Shown here piece after piece: positions 50,291 to 63,626 of a stretch of DNA of 64,000 nucleotides. This stretch comes from Podarcis cretensis (lineage: Eukaryota). Within the stretch, counting starts at the first letter, position 1. Each line of letters begins with the position of its first letter. Location of the stretch: contig OX638161.1 of NCBI GenBank assembly GCA_951804945.1, positions 29,450,001 to 29,514,000 on the forward strand. Direction: 5' to 3'. Under the pieces are notes generated by a model, which was not told the origin of the DNA, ran no database searches, and worked only from the letters and a program-made list of their open reading frames with translations. A program made the position numbers and the translations under genes.

Positions 50291-51813
50291 AGCAACCATG
50301 GATTAGGGAAGTTACAGCACATACATTGACTATTTAAAAGGCTGAATAAATATATGGACAATCCCAGGAATCTTTTTTACCCTAGAATTCTATGATCTCA
50401 CCAGCCTAACCATGCAGCTCTTGCTGACAAATCAGTGGCATTACTTACCAATATAGTAGTTTATTTGCACATTACAATGACCAATTATCCCCACTAAAAA
50501 AGATGGAAGATGCAGCATCAATTACGGGAAAAATCCATAATAAAAATGTGTTTCTATATTCATTCTAGCAAGGCATCTATTTTAATGCCAATTCTGCTGG
50601 TAGACAAAAGGGTTTTTTCCTCTCTATCCCCACCCAAAACTACAGGAGCATACCACAGTCTTTACCCAATGAGAACTGCACTTTGCATCCATGTATTCTA
50701 GCCTAGCAGGGGCGTGACCAGCTGCTGCTATTACACTCAGATCCATTTTTCTCTCAGAGAAAACCATCTGAGACAGAGAGAAAAACAATGAATGCACAGA
50801 ATAATCAAGCTGGAATCTTTGGGTGACTATGATTCTCTAGAAAGCTGTGTGCGCCCCCCCCCCAGCTCTCCACCACATCTTGATCAGGAATCATCTATCT
50901 CGCTGTTAGATTTCTGCTCAGAACAGTAACTATTAACATAATAAGCATGGAGAAGGGGGAAAGTCATTTTCATTCTCTTTCAACTCACCAGTCTTGTGCT
51001 ACTGCTACACCCAAGAATTAAGAATCCTAAATATAAATCCCATAATACTGACCCATATAGAGGAACAAAGCAGCTCAGCTCTTAGAAAAGAATACTGTGC
51101 AGGTCATTTACCCTATCTCAGATTTCCACAATGAAAAAAAAATGCTAACACAGAATACATTTTCCTTTCTTAGGCTATTTTCCCCAACATCATAATTATC
51201 TAAGCAATACTAGAAATATGACATGGACTGCAAAACATGGCACCACTGATATGAAGGAGAGCCCACCCTTTTTCTCTCTCCAAGATCCACACCTACTGCA
51301 GCACCAACAGCCTATCATTCGCCATCACCCTCACAATCAAAACCAGTCTCCCAAGCAGGAAACCAAACCTATCAGAGACAAGAGATGGGGGGAAATGACA
51401 GTTAACAGGGTCAAAAAAGGGGTTCCTTAAAATTCACCTATAATTCCAAATGAAGTTAGCAGATCATTTGTTAAATGATAAAATAAAATGTTACATATGG
51501 GTGTTTTTTAAAAAGAAAAAAAGAAAGTGTGCCTCAAATTGCCAAAAACAAGCAAAAACTGCATTCCAAGCAACATATTACTATACAATGTTATTTTTTT
51601 ATAAAAAAAGAATAAAAGTAGATGTCGTTGTTGCAAAATATTTATAAAGAGATACATACAATTAAGCCTACCCTTGAGATCCTAAGAGACACACCCCTAC
51701 TGCCCCATTTTGCATTACGATTACAAGCCTCTCCACTGAATGATGATAGAAAGGAGCCCTAATAAAGCTACAATAGACCAGGGAGGAAAATAACGTATTT
51801 GTACTGCCACACG

Positions 51814-51830
51814 CGCTGGCAGGTGGCGAG
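51814..51830 (+). promoter_or_regulatory. CTCF-like motif
   Basis: CTGGCAGGTGGCGAG resembles the CTCF core CCASYAGRKGGCR; adjacent to the CpG island. Confidence 0.3.
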
Positions 51831-51989
51831 TGCGTATTTCTTTGCAATAGGGCTCCTCTTTTCAGAGGCAGGGGTGTGGTTAAAGGAGAAGAGATGAATG
51901 TTGTTCAGATTGCTGAAAATTAGGAGAGTTGTATAACTGTGAAGAGAGCATTAAGAGATCTACCGACATCATATGCAAACGGAATTACG

Positions 51990-52870
51990 CCGCGTACTGA
52001 AGCCATCGGATCCAAAGCTATATTGCATGGCGCGGCGCCTCTCCCTCCAGCCACTGCAAGCGCATTCACTGCGTAACCGCACGCACCTGTACGCCTAACG
52101 CACCCCCGCCCGTCCATCCCCACCACCCAAAGGTTTGCAAAGTCTGAAGGCCCTCGGTGCAGCTGCTCTCCTAAGAGCAGATCGCACCGTGCTGGGAAAC
52201 CCTACCTGGCGCTGCGGCTGCTAATGCTGCTGCAGGGAGAGCTCTCTGGAAAGTCTCGCTCACCAAAGCCGGGAGGAGGGGGAGTGACAGGAAAGAGGGA
52301 GAGACAGACAGAAAGAGAACGCGCCTATCTAGCGACGGGAGCGCGCACAGGCTCCGGAACCTTCCCAAGAAGAACTCGTATATGCGCGCTCGCAAGGGCC
52401 CTCCCAGCTCCTCGAGAAATAAGGTTGCTCCCACAATGAAAGGCTGCCCGAGATGGCTCTCCCACGCACGCGCACAATGCCCGCCCGTCTCATCTTTCAG
52501 ACACCTCCCTACGACCGTAAGCGCATGCGTGGAGGCTTTACACCGACTCCCAATGTGTTCTTTGTCTTCTTTGGAAAAGCCGGGTTTAAACAAAAAACAC
52601 ACACAAAAATCCTCCTTTTGGAGCCGCGCCGGCGTGAGCGCTATTTATCAAATAATAATAGTTACCGTTCTTTATAGCGCATGGGACACAAGGTCAGCGC
52701 AGCAGGATTACAGACAAAGCAGGGTTTGTTATAGTGCTATAATTAAGAGTGTGGTGACCCACTCTGAAGTCATACTGGAAAGCGTTTTTTAACATCCCTT
52801 CTCCCAGAACACGCATGTTTACACGTAGGTATATACCATAGGGGTCCGCAAGGGGGCGCATTGCTCCCTC
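51990..52870 (-). promoter_or_regulatory. MAPT: CpG island, probable MAPT promoter
   Basis: The only extended CpG-dense non-repeat segment in the window; upstream of exon 1 in MAPT orientation. NRF1-like GCGCATGCGT at 52521-52530; GC-box-like sequences. Confidence 0.7.
52206..52400 (-). other. MAPT: Candidate non-coding exon 0 of MAPT (5' end unknown)
   Basis: Minus-strand donors CCAG|gtaggg (exon end 52206) and TTTG|gtgagc (exon end 52264) inside the CpG island. Pyrimidine-rich leader; exon 1 has an acceptor and therefore needs an upstream exon. Confidence 0.5.
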
Positions 52871-55800
52871 ATTAGCCATAATCCCCAGATTCCCAATCTT
52901 ACTTTTTAAAAATGAAAGATCCCAGCACTTGTAGAATCAGGAATATGAAGCATTTTTGTTTTGTGAGGAACTAGCCTCTCCCATCTGTCTGCATTTTTAG
53001 CCAATAAATGAGGTCATAGTAATGACTGACATTTGGGAAAGCAAATCTTGCCAGCTAAACAAAGAGCAGGCTAGAAGACCAACTGCCTAGCCCTAGAAGA
53101 CTCTAGAGAAAAAAAATCTTCGTTTGCTTTTAAGCATTTTCTACTGTTCTTCCCTGTGGAGAAGTGATTTCCCCATAAAAAACAATCCAGAATTTTAGTA
53201 TCACTGTGACTGGGAAGTAGTGTGCCAACCCAAAACAAAAGGTAATAGCAAAGACAATATATTTCTAATGTGGATCTTAATTAGATTTTTCCCCTCCTCA
53301 GTTTGTAATCTTTTAAAAAACACTCTGTCAATACATACATAGAGACAATTCATCATTATTATGCCCATACTGCAGAGGGCAGGGCTGTGGCTGGGAGAGT
53401 GAGTTACGCCAGTTCTGCAAAGTAACCAACTGCAACTGTTGTTATATGCCTCTTGCTGGGAGAGGAGAAAGTTGCTGAGAGAGGAGAAAGTATACAACAA
53501 CCCTGAATGGTAGTCCAATGTTACTATCCTGGTGTATTGGGGTTGTTGATTTTTTAAAGGGAAATGCATTTTGGAGCGGGGATTGGCAGAAAAATTAAGG
53601 ACTAGAGGGAACAAAGCAGCGAGGGCAAGAATTCCTGGGAATGCCAATGTCACAGACATTACTTTTTATTAATCGTTCAGAATTTAGTATCTATCATACC
53701 TTTCAACGTTACACAAATTAAAATAGGAACACATGTACTATTCTTGCATCAAGGATTGCTACCTGAGCACCCCTCCTCCTTTATGCTGTTACTTGTTGAC
53801 GGAGGCTTTGCTTTGCTTCCTATACTGTGGGCCAGGCCAAAGGGGATACAAACATGGTCAGAAGCAAGGGTGCACAGAACAACTAATGTGAATTTTACCT
53901 TTGTAGGGTAGACTAGTTTCTACACAAACACCCCCCACCTCCTCTCTCCTTCATCCAGGCAAGCAAGAGGCAACATCACAGTTCAAGGACACATTCCAGT
54001 CAGGTAACAACAAGGAAGGCCCATCCCATCTCACCACCTGAGGAGAAAGATGAATGTGCCAACCCGTGCCACTGGATCACCTTCCCCCCTTGCTGACACC
54101 TGCCAAGTGGGGGCAGTTCTGGCAGTAGAAGTGGTGCGGCAGGCAGGTGGGATGTTGCCTCTTGCACTTCTTCTGCCTGAGGTGGCCCTCTGCCTCATGG
54201 GTGGGCCAACTATGAGTAACAACACTCAAGGAGGGTGTAAAGCAGGGCCAGTGAGAGATGTAACTTGGGGAGAGTCCCAAGGGCCACACAGAGAAGCCCA
54301 GAGAGCCACTTTTGGCCAACAGCCTGAGATTCCCTATCTTTGCCCTAAAGGATGCCTTACTTCTTCTGTTTGGCTTGTGCTGCACTAAGTGACAGTGGTG
54401 TCCAGAAAGTCAGCCTACTGTGTGGACTGGTCTGGTCTCCATTTGATGATGGGTGAAAGTTGTTGAAATACTGGTGCAATTTCTCAAGGAGCCTCCTTTC
54501 CTTGGATCCAAATTATTAATATTTCATTAATCTATCACAAGTAGTGAAGATATACTTCGTTGTTGGAGACTACTTGGTTGGATAGTTGTTTATCGGAGCT
54601 TATGGAGAAGGGAAGCAGTGCTTTGGTTTTTAAACAACCCAAAAAGCTTGAATCTAGCCACACTGTTTAAAAGTTTTTTTAAAAGGTGTTTACAGCACCT
54701 GTAAACATGTAGATTGACCACCCCATCTACAGCATATGAAATGGCAGAATGCACACCAGATTATTGCCATGCAGCTCAATCCTATAGTCAAAAGTAAGTG
54801 CAATGGGCCTTACGCACAGGTAAGCATGTACATAATAGTTGCCAGCCTCTGTTCCTGCATGTGCATTTGCAGGATAAGCACTAAAGCCATAGGCATCTGC
54901 CGCAAATTCATATTTAACTTATGGATACTTGAAGTAGAATAGTGAAATCTCAGTTTGTGTCATGCTGTCTGGCACTGATCCCCTTCTCAAGCTCAGGGGA
55001 ACAAAAGGGTTTGGAGGCACCTCTCTTTGAGGCGTCACTCCATATTACCAGAACTTCCAGGCCAGAAGTTGCTGCTTTACTGCACTTACTCAGATTTAGA
55101 AGACACACATGCAGTGTAGTCCCTTGTAAAGTGTTTCTTAGCAGCAATAGTGTGTTTTTAAACTGCCTGTTTACAGAATTTCTGCTACCTGATTTTACAT
55201 ATTCTCATGCAAAATTAGAGACATGTAGTTAATGTTGGTAGAAATTTTTAAAAATTGCATTGTTATAAAGAATATTATTTGACTTTTCTCAATATGTCTC
55301 TGTGATTCTTGTTCTGTTCCCAAATCATTCTTGATTTTTTTATTTAATGATTAATCAAAATGGGAGGAAACACAATTAAATACTTAGGGTTGTCTTACTA
55401 GGGAAACCTCCTGCAGTTTTCCCATCCCTAAATCCAATTACAGGGGATAAGTAACCATGGAATAGGATGGTAATAATTCTTTTGAAGAAGCTGCAGTAAG
55501 TAGCTAAACCTAAGGAGTATTATCTGAATGACTAAGCACTAGAAACTTAAGGAGGAATTTATTTGTTGCCTTTTTTAGATACATCATTATTATCACTAAT
55601 AAAGCACAGTGTTGAGAGGTCTTGCATATGGAAATCAAACTCAGCTTGACAATCCTGTCCAGAACCTATATATCATTAACAATGGTATCAGTCTCTGAAT
55701 ATTTGAACTTCAAACAGAGACTCATGTTGTAAATTATATACCTTGTTTCTCTATGACCTCTCAGTCTGTAAAGAGGTACAGTATTGTATTGCACACCATT

Positions 55801-57003
55801 CCTGCCCTTAATTACTACTGCTGTGAATGGTCAATTAATTGAATTGTCACAATTTTTACTTTCTGCATTTAATCATCTGACCGTACTGTTTACTATTTTC
55901 TCACTCTACACCCACATGTATGTACCTACCAACTAAATATGACAATACATGTATTTGATGAAGTAGACTCTAGACCACAGATACTTATACCATAATAAAT
56001 TTCTCAGTTTTTAAGCTGCAATAAAATTCTAAAATGTTATCTTGAGCAAGCATATAAACTTCCATGCCAATATATCAGTCCTCATGGCAGATACTATATT
56101 GTATTCTCTTTTGCATACTTCCTGTTCCCCTGAAACATGGGGGCAGGGATCAAGTTCAGATTCATCATTTAAATGCAGGCTGTTATCTGAGCATGTGTGC
56201 CAGTTTCCATGTTGATGTTTCAAGCCCAAATAACACTTTATACTAGTAAATATTTGTTCCCAGCACGATGTTTACTGATGTAACAAAGAATATTAGGGTA
56301 GGGGCACTCACAGGGGAGAATCAACATGAGGGAAGGAGGACTGCTTAACTATTTCTACACCAACTGGTGCTCTTCTGCAAATGTACTCATCTAACCTATT
56401 TTACTTTCAGCCAGCTTCAACATTAAAGATAATCAGGAACTAGAGAATCTACACATTAGAAGGTAGCAGAATCTTACACTGAATGTGAAAAGTGCCATAG
56501 CATAACATTACAAGGGGGGAAATTACTTAGGTTAGGGGGAAATCAAAGTAATTAGAAGCAAGCACAAGAGACAACAACCTACAAAACACAAACTATGTGC
56601 ATAAAAAATTAAGAATGATAAAAAATGCTGGCGTAAAGAAAATTGTGGGGGTGGGGTGAGGGAAGCTGAGGGAAACACAGTGGAGAAGAAGTCCATGCTA
56701 AGGTGCTCACACTTCTGCCCTCAGTTGCTGAGGAAGCAAACCAACAGCATTCTAGAGAAGCCGTTCACCAATTTTCCCAGAGAAAGGTTATGTGCAACCA
56801 CATCTAGGGATATCAGAGAACACTGATAGAAACAGAAATTGCAATCACTGATGTCTGCTTATTTGTCCCATGTCCAAAAAAGCAAATCAATCCAGAAAAA
56901 ACAATTCCTATTCATTGCTGTTCTTGTCTTCAGTCCAAACATTACATAATTTATGTTTTCCCTTATTTGCATTAAATTTCCTTTGCAGAGATACGTTGTG
57001 TAA

Positions 57004-57185
57004 TAGGGCCGCCATATCGGCAACAGGGGTCAAATCATGTTGAAAATGCATTAAAAAAAATTAAAGTTCCAAAATATTAACTGTAGAGCTTTTCCTTAAA
57101 AAAGCTCAACAACTTCAGGCACTCAACAATTTCGGGCACTCAACAACTTTTGAGGTGTCATGGTTTTTTAAATATGGCAACCCTA
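57004..57185. mobile_element. hAT-like MITE
   Basis: TIR TAGGGCCGCCATAT/ATATGGCAACCCTA; flanking direct repeat gtgtaa(ta); ctcaacaac repeats also present inverted at ~32890-32995. Confidence 0.65.
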
Positions 57186-57389
57186 GTGTAATAGCATTAC
57201 AATAATTAATTAATTAATTACATAAAATTCTGCTGCAGTGAACAGTGACATTAATGTCGTTTTTCTTGCAAGCCAAACTGCAGCAGAACAGGAACAGCGC
57301 TGCATGCAACATGGACTGAAAATCAATAACTTTTTACATCCCTAGTCAAATTCTATGCACACTTGCTTGGACATAAGTCCCACTATATA

Positions 57390-57632
57390 CAGTCGTACCT
57401 TGGTTTTTGAACAGCTTAGTTCTCAAACGTTTTGGCTCCTGAACGCCGCAAACCCAGAAGTGACTGTTCCGGTTTGCGAACTATTTTTGGAAGCTGAACG
57501 TCCGACGGGGCTTCTGCAGCTTCCGATTGGAGCTTTCTGCAGCCAATCAGAAGCCACATTTTAGTTTCTGAATGTTTTGGAAGTTGAGTGGACTTCTGGA
57601 ACAGATTCTGTTTGACTTCCAAGGTACGACTG
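57390..57632. mobile_element. Second Tc1/mariner (Tigger-like) MITE family
   Basis: TIR CAGTCGTACCTTGG/CCAAGGTACGACTG; TA TSD. Confidence 0.85.
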
Positions 57633-57909
57633 TACAAGACTTATTTCCTTGTAAGTGTGCATAGAGGTTTGCCCTTCAAACCTGTGTGTTCCAATGAATA
57701 ATAGTCCATACAAGGGGGCTTACACCATTGGATCCCCATAAAACCTTCAACCATCTCAAGATGTCCTGCTTATCCCCCATCACTCCCTGAGGCTAGACAT
57801 ATTTGTTTTCTGTTGGTAATAATAATAATAATTATACCCCGCCCTCCCCAGCCAAGGCCAGGCTCAGGGCAGCTAACAAGCAATAATAAAAACAAGTTGA
57901 ATGAATACA

Positions 57910-58020
57910 AGTGTCTCCGGACAGCGCTGGCCCCCGGCCTCTTGAGTGAGATGGGCGCACAACCCCAGAGTCTGTCAAGACTGGCCCGTACGGGCAGGGG
58001 TACCTTTACCTTTACCTTTT
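57910..58020 (+). mobile_element. Sauria-type SINE 3' fragment
   Basis: gcgcacaaccccagagtc...(ACCTTT)n tail. Confidence 0.75.
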
Positions 58021-58628
58021 ATATTGCTTATATGAGGCTGGTTATTCCACAGTCTGAGGGTGACTGCCAAAGGCAGTTTGGCAGTTATAGTTGAACTTCT
58101 GTTTGATGAGATGGGACTAGTGAGTGAGATGTTATAATTTTTTTCAGTTAATGGAATTCAAAAAGGTATTGGGGTTGGGATTATAAGGAACAAAGTATCA
58201 ATTTGTTGGGGCCTACCCCTCTTTTCAATGAGAGAAAGGGCATGAGTTCTTCAGTGTAAAAAGGCAAAAGAGCAGGCATCAGTGGGAATATCTGGAAGGA
58301 CTTTGATATTGTTCTGAAACCATGACATTTAAAATACTAAGTAAAATATTAATGAGGACATCACAGTGTCTACCTCATGCAAGAATAGAGGCTTGACTGG
58401 GGGAGGAAATAAATGTCTTACTAATAGAGTTTTTTGACTGTCAGCAAGCATGTGGATGCAGGGTAGGGCTATCAATGGCTGCTAGTGACGATGTAACTGA
58501 GACCAGGTAAAGGGCTCTGCCGTGGGTGAGAAAAGAAGAGCCAAGGTGGAAGACAGAATGGTGTGGCTTATTATTGTGTGTTGTATATATTTAAATTTAC
58601 TTTGAAATTACTTGGAGTCTGTGAGATT

Positions 58629-58892
58629 TAAAGGCAAATGTAAAGGACCCCTGACAGTTAAGTCCAGTTGTGAACGACTCTGGGGTTGCGGCGCTCATCT
58701 CGCTTTACAGGCCGAGGGAGCTGGCGTTTGTCCGCAGACAGTTTTTCTGGGTCATGTGTCCAGCATGACTAAGCCACTTCTGGCAAAACCAGAACAGCGC
58801 ATGGAAATGCTGTTTACCTTCCCACCGGAGCAGTACCTATTAATCTACTTCCACTTTGACGTGCTTTCGAACTGCTAGGTTGGCAGGAGCTA
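58629..58892 (-). mobile_element. Sauria-type SINE
   Basis: taaagg tail, gggtcatgtgtccagcatgact, gcagtacctatt...ctaggttggcaggagct. Confidence 0.8.
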
Positions 58893-61800
58893 GGTACAAA
58901 TCCAAATAAAAATATTGCGGAAGTCAAGCTACCCTTGATATAAAATGTATCCTGTGAAATGCATTCAAGACAGGGCAAGTATACTTGTGCACTACTTCCC
59001 TAGAATATACACACTTTTCTTATAAATCCAATTAGCATTAATCACTTGAAATAGATTCAGAAAAGCACTTATTCTTTCATCTAAATATTTAATTGCCTAA
59101 TCAGCAGCACTTGGGGATCCTACTTGAAGCATTAAAACATTGGATAAAATATATGCTGATACCCTGGGAACTGAATTGGGAGAAGCATTTTCCAAGTATT
59201 TCAGCCACATGGTAGAATTAACATTCATACTCATAGGTAAGTTTTGAAGCACTAACTTATAAAGTATGATACAAGATTATCAATACAGTGTTATTAAAGA
59301 CATTTCACAGGAAGAGTACTACTACTCAGAAGAGGAGATACTGCTTACAAGCAACTCTCTGCCACAGTCATAGGATTTGTCTGATTTAGGGTCCCTCCAT
59401 GACTTTAAAAAGGTTCATTGGTTCAAAATATTAAGCTTATTTTCCCCTTAGACTTAACCTTTGCACTCCAAAGCTATAATATTTTGTGCCACATTTTTGT
59501 TACTGGGGGTGGGGGGAGCTACCTATTTGGTTCCTGCAGCAATATATGTAAATAGTTTGAATTACTCTCAGGAGATCAACTTGGTGTGCTTAGGTGTCTT
59601 AATGATATAAAGGTGTGCTTATTCATACTCATCCTGAAGTAGACAAAGGTAGGGGTCCCCATGCCTGTGAAGAAGACACAACCACTGGCGATTTTTAGTC
59701 TGATATATGTTTGGGCATACAACAAGAGTGATTACTTCTCCTAAAAGACAGAAAACTATCTTTTGTACTTTAAGACACATATAAAACAAACTAAAATAAA
59801 GGTTGCTATCTTTTTCTCTAAGCCCTGATTCTGTGCCTTCAACAGCCATCTAACCCACAGAGATTTAACCAGTAAAATTTTTCTCAATGATATGTTGGAT
59901 TCTATGAAATGACTTCTGTGGGCACTTTTGGCTCATAACTAAATGTTGCTGACCATAGTTAAACCCAATACCACAGAACATTAAATAAAGTATTTCCAGA
60001 CATGCATTTTACAAGCTCCCTCTTGCTCTTAATGTCTCTGTTAGTCAGATCTTTAAAATAATGTTTCTGGCTGCATAATTTGATGCTTCTCTCTCTTTCT
60101 GCAATTATACTTTCTATACTGTTCTGGAAATTCTACAGATATTTGGGTTCATTTGGACCCATTGTGTGGTTAGCAACAGGTTAACACTAACCTCTAAACT
60201 TGAATGAAATCCACTACATTAATATAAAAAAGCCTACATTTGTCTTGCATTTAACCACTCTCTCAGATAAGTAATGATTTATTCTAAGTCAGAGCTGCTA
60301 GATGTATCACATGAGTGATCTTGCAACACACATACTGTATCTCTATGTGGATTGGTATTATTCTCCCCCCTTTTTTGCAATTATCTGCAAGGCTAAACAA
60401 CATAAACATGCATACCAATATTTATTCTAATTACCTTATAAAAGATTCCTTTGAATACTTTTTCCTGGGATTCACCATTTAAACTCTTCCCAGATTTTGT
60501 ACTCTTCAAAGGCAAATTCCAGTTCTGTAGATCACGTTTTTCTTGTTCGGTGTGCAGAAAACTCTCCCAAAGTGCTTCCAGGTATCTGTCAACCTGCAGA
60601 CAATATGGACCCCTGCTCAGTAGCTATGCAGCACTTGATTGCTATTATTTATAAAAAGCATACATCCCTATGGCACTCAGTGTAGCAGGAACACCTGCTG
60701 AATATAACACACAGCCCCCACTTGATTACCAGAAAGGAACACTTTCCCCATTGTACAGATGGACAAACAAAGGGTTAAATGACTCCCCTAAGGTTCCACA
60801 ATGAGTCTGTGACAGAACTGTCTGCCTAAGGTATCCGTATGATCTCTGTCACCATAGCAGCCAGCTAGCCAGCTAACCTCACAATTGGTGTATTTACAAT
60901 CCCCTTTTGGGGTATTATCCCTCATTTTTTATAACAGAAAATTGTAAAGTCTGTGTAAGTCCAGAACCTGCAAAAAAATTAAAAACTTGTCTCACACAGA
61001 TGATTTGAGGGAGTAAGTAGCCTATGTCTAGTCTTGTCTCAGATCCCAGCAATTTATGTATTTAGGCAGCTTGAGTTCTCCCCCTCTAATGCATTTCAAT
61101 TAATTTTAAATAATGGGAACTTAGAAAAAGAAGAAGTATCCTTGCCAAATATTTCCCTTGTATTAGAATATATATTATTTCAAGTTACACAAGTTAGAAA
61201 CCCAACATGTATTTATTAGTTCACTGACCGGGTGATGGACCAGAATGAAAAGCAGGAGGAGACAGAGAAACTGACAACACATTGTAGCAAGGATGCTAGT
61301 GAGAAAATTTGTTTCCCAAATATGAGTAGATGTGAATTCGAAGTTGAATGCTACCATTTAAAACATGAAACCTGCTACAAATTCTCAACAGTGTCAGTAT
61401 GATGGACAGTGTGTTGCCCTTCCACCCCCACATGTAGGAACAGAACCAAGACCAGGTTACTTTAGAACCAGCCCTGCCACTCCTGATACAAAAAGCAGCA
61501 GTGGGAATATAGTTTAATTGAATTCATAGCTGCTAGGAATTCATTATTGAAGGGTTTAATATCTCAAATCTTAACAATTTTCTTTGGCTCCAAACATTCA
61601 AGTTCCATAGTGCTTCAAGAAATGATACAATAGCCCCATTGTTATTCCCTTTAGCCTCTTAACAACCTTATGAGACAGGCTATTCCAAGGCTCCTCTATG
61701 AACTTTAGGGATCAGCAGATATTGGAACATGGATCTCCTACAACCAAATTTAATCTAGTGTAGCATACGGTTATCCAATATGCAAATTATGTCAGTGATA

Positions 61801-62062
61801 TGCATTTTTGTTAACCACATACACTATGGTTCATTATATATTTACAGTAAGGCCTTCAGTTATTAACCAGATGGCCACCCATCACTAAAGTATATTATTG
61901 TGATACTATGTTCTATCCAGTATCAGTATATAGCAATTAAACTGCCCCTCCCCCGGTTATAGCTGTCTATAATAAACATAGCAGCTCCTGAAGTATAGCA
62001 GATAGAATCAAGCTACCAGTACTTTTGTTGTCAGAAGTCAGACCACCATCCGTGAATGGCTA

Positions 62063-62304
62063 CAGTGGTACCTCGGGTTACATACGCTTCAGGTTACATA
62101 TGCTTCAGGTTACAGACTCCACTAACCCAGAAATATTACCTCAGATTAAGAACTTTGCTTCAGGATGAGAACAGAAATCGTGCTCTGGCGGCGCGGCGGC
62201 AGCGGGAGGCCCCATTAGCTAAAGTGGTGCTTCAGGTTAAGAACAGTTGCAGGTTAAGAACAGACCTCCGGAACGAATTAAGTACTTAACCCAAGGTACC
62301 ACTG
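62063..62304 (-). mobile_element. Tc1/mariner MITE, copy 4
   Basis: Near-identical to 37856-38097; TA TSD. Confidence 0.9.
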
Positions 62305-63512
62305 TACTGACTTGCAAGTTGCTGGTTGCTGAGATACTTGCAAATAATGATGTACTACGTGTACTACCTTATTGTCATCTGATGTGTAATTTAACAACTT
62401 ATGTGGAAGCGTTCTGGGGATAACTTGAAATAGTAGGCCTTGCCTGTTAAAAGTAAATACTTAGTGGACGGATTAGTTTTTCAATGGTAATGTGGCAAAA
62501 TAGTTTCATCAAACTTACTCAGACATATAATTTATGTACCTAGATTTGATGTAATCAGTCCTGGGGAGACACCTTGGAGGGGCTGCTTAGATCAGGGCAA
62601 GGGGTAGGAGAAGCCTATTGATGATGCTGGATTGGGAAAGCTGCATGGGGCTGCAACAATAATCTAAGAGCTCTGGGAGCTAAAATGCAGACGAGGAATC
62701 TGATCCTGGGGTCCCAGTGGGTTGTCATCCCAATGCCCCATTTCAGTCACACACCCACTTTTGACTCCAAGGCAGCCCCTGCCTGCCATGCCTCCTGTAC
62801 CACTGGAGCCTTTGCCTCCCACAGCCTCTGCCTCTCTGCCCACCAAGGCAGCATTTGATTCCCATTCTGGATCTGGATCCTGTCAGGATCCTGTCACATA
62901 GGACACAAAGATTCCAGCACCAGTGTGAACAGACAGCTCATGTTCAGCCCACCAGAAAGAGTGCCTGCTTGCTTGCTTGCTTGCTCAATCTAAGGCACAT
63001 TCCACTCACTATGCAGAAGCTGTGCTTGCCCTATGCTTTTATAATAGGAGCCCAGGGGACATGTCAGCTATTGGGTCAACGTTTCAGCTTGCTAACCTTG
63101 CCGTGCACCTGCTGTGCTGGTGACCCATGCTTTGCTTATGTACCATACTGATTTGAACAATATCTTTTTTTAATTAAAAAACAAAATCTGTGTCCAAGTA
63201 CTTTGTCCAGTGCAAGCTATGACACTGGGTTTTAAAATACTAATTGATTTTATATTTATTTTAAAGTGATTGTTTTATGTATATTTCTTTTTAGTTGGTT
63301 TGTTGGTTTTAATTGTGCTCTATCTACAATTTTATTTGTGCACTGCTTGAAGAGTTTTTTTGAAAAAGGGATTAATAAATTTTATGAATAAGATGTTGAC
63401 TATGTACTCTTAATTTGTAAGTGTAACATTACAGTCTTTCAAAAAGAGTAGTACATACAGGTCTGAAATCATTATCCTAACTTGTGATGCTTGCTGAATT
63501 TTCTGTACAGAA

Positions 63513-63626
63513 GCGAGTTTCTGTGCGCTGCTCTGGTTTGCCAGAAATGGCTTAGTTATGCTGGCCACATGACCCGGAAGCTGTCTGTGGACAAACGCCA
63601 GCTCCCTCGGCCAACAGAACGAGATG
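63513..63626 (+). mobile_element. Sauria-type SINE 3' half
   Basis: gctggccacatgacccggaagctg...ggggtacctttaccttta. Confidence 0.8.

Noticed and set aside
52224-52792. Plus-strand ORFs or a MAPT-AS1-like antisense gene at the CpG island
   Set aside because: The ORFs have no recognisable domain and are expected in GC-rich DNA. Antisense transcription cannot be established from sequence alone.
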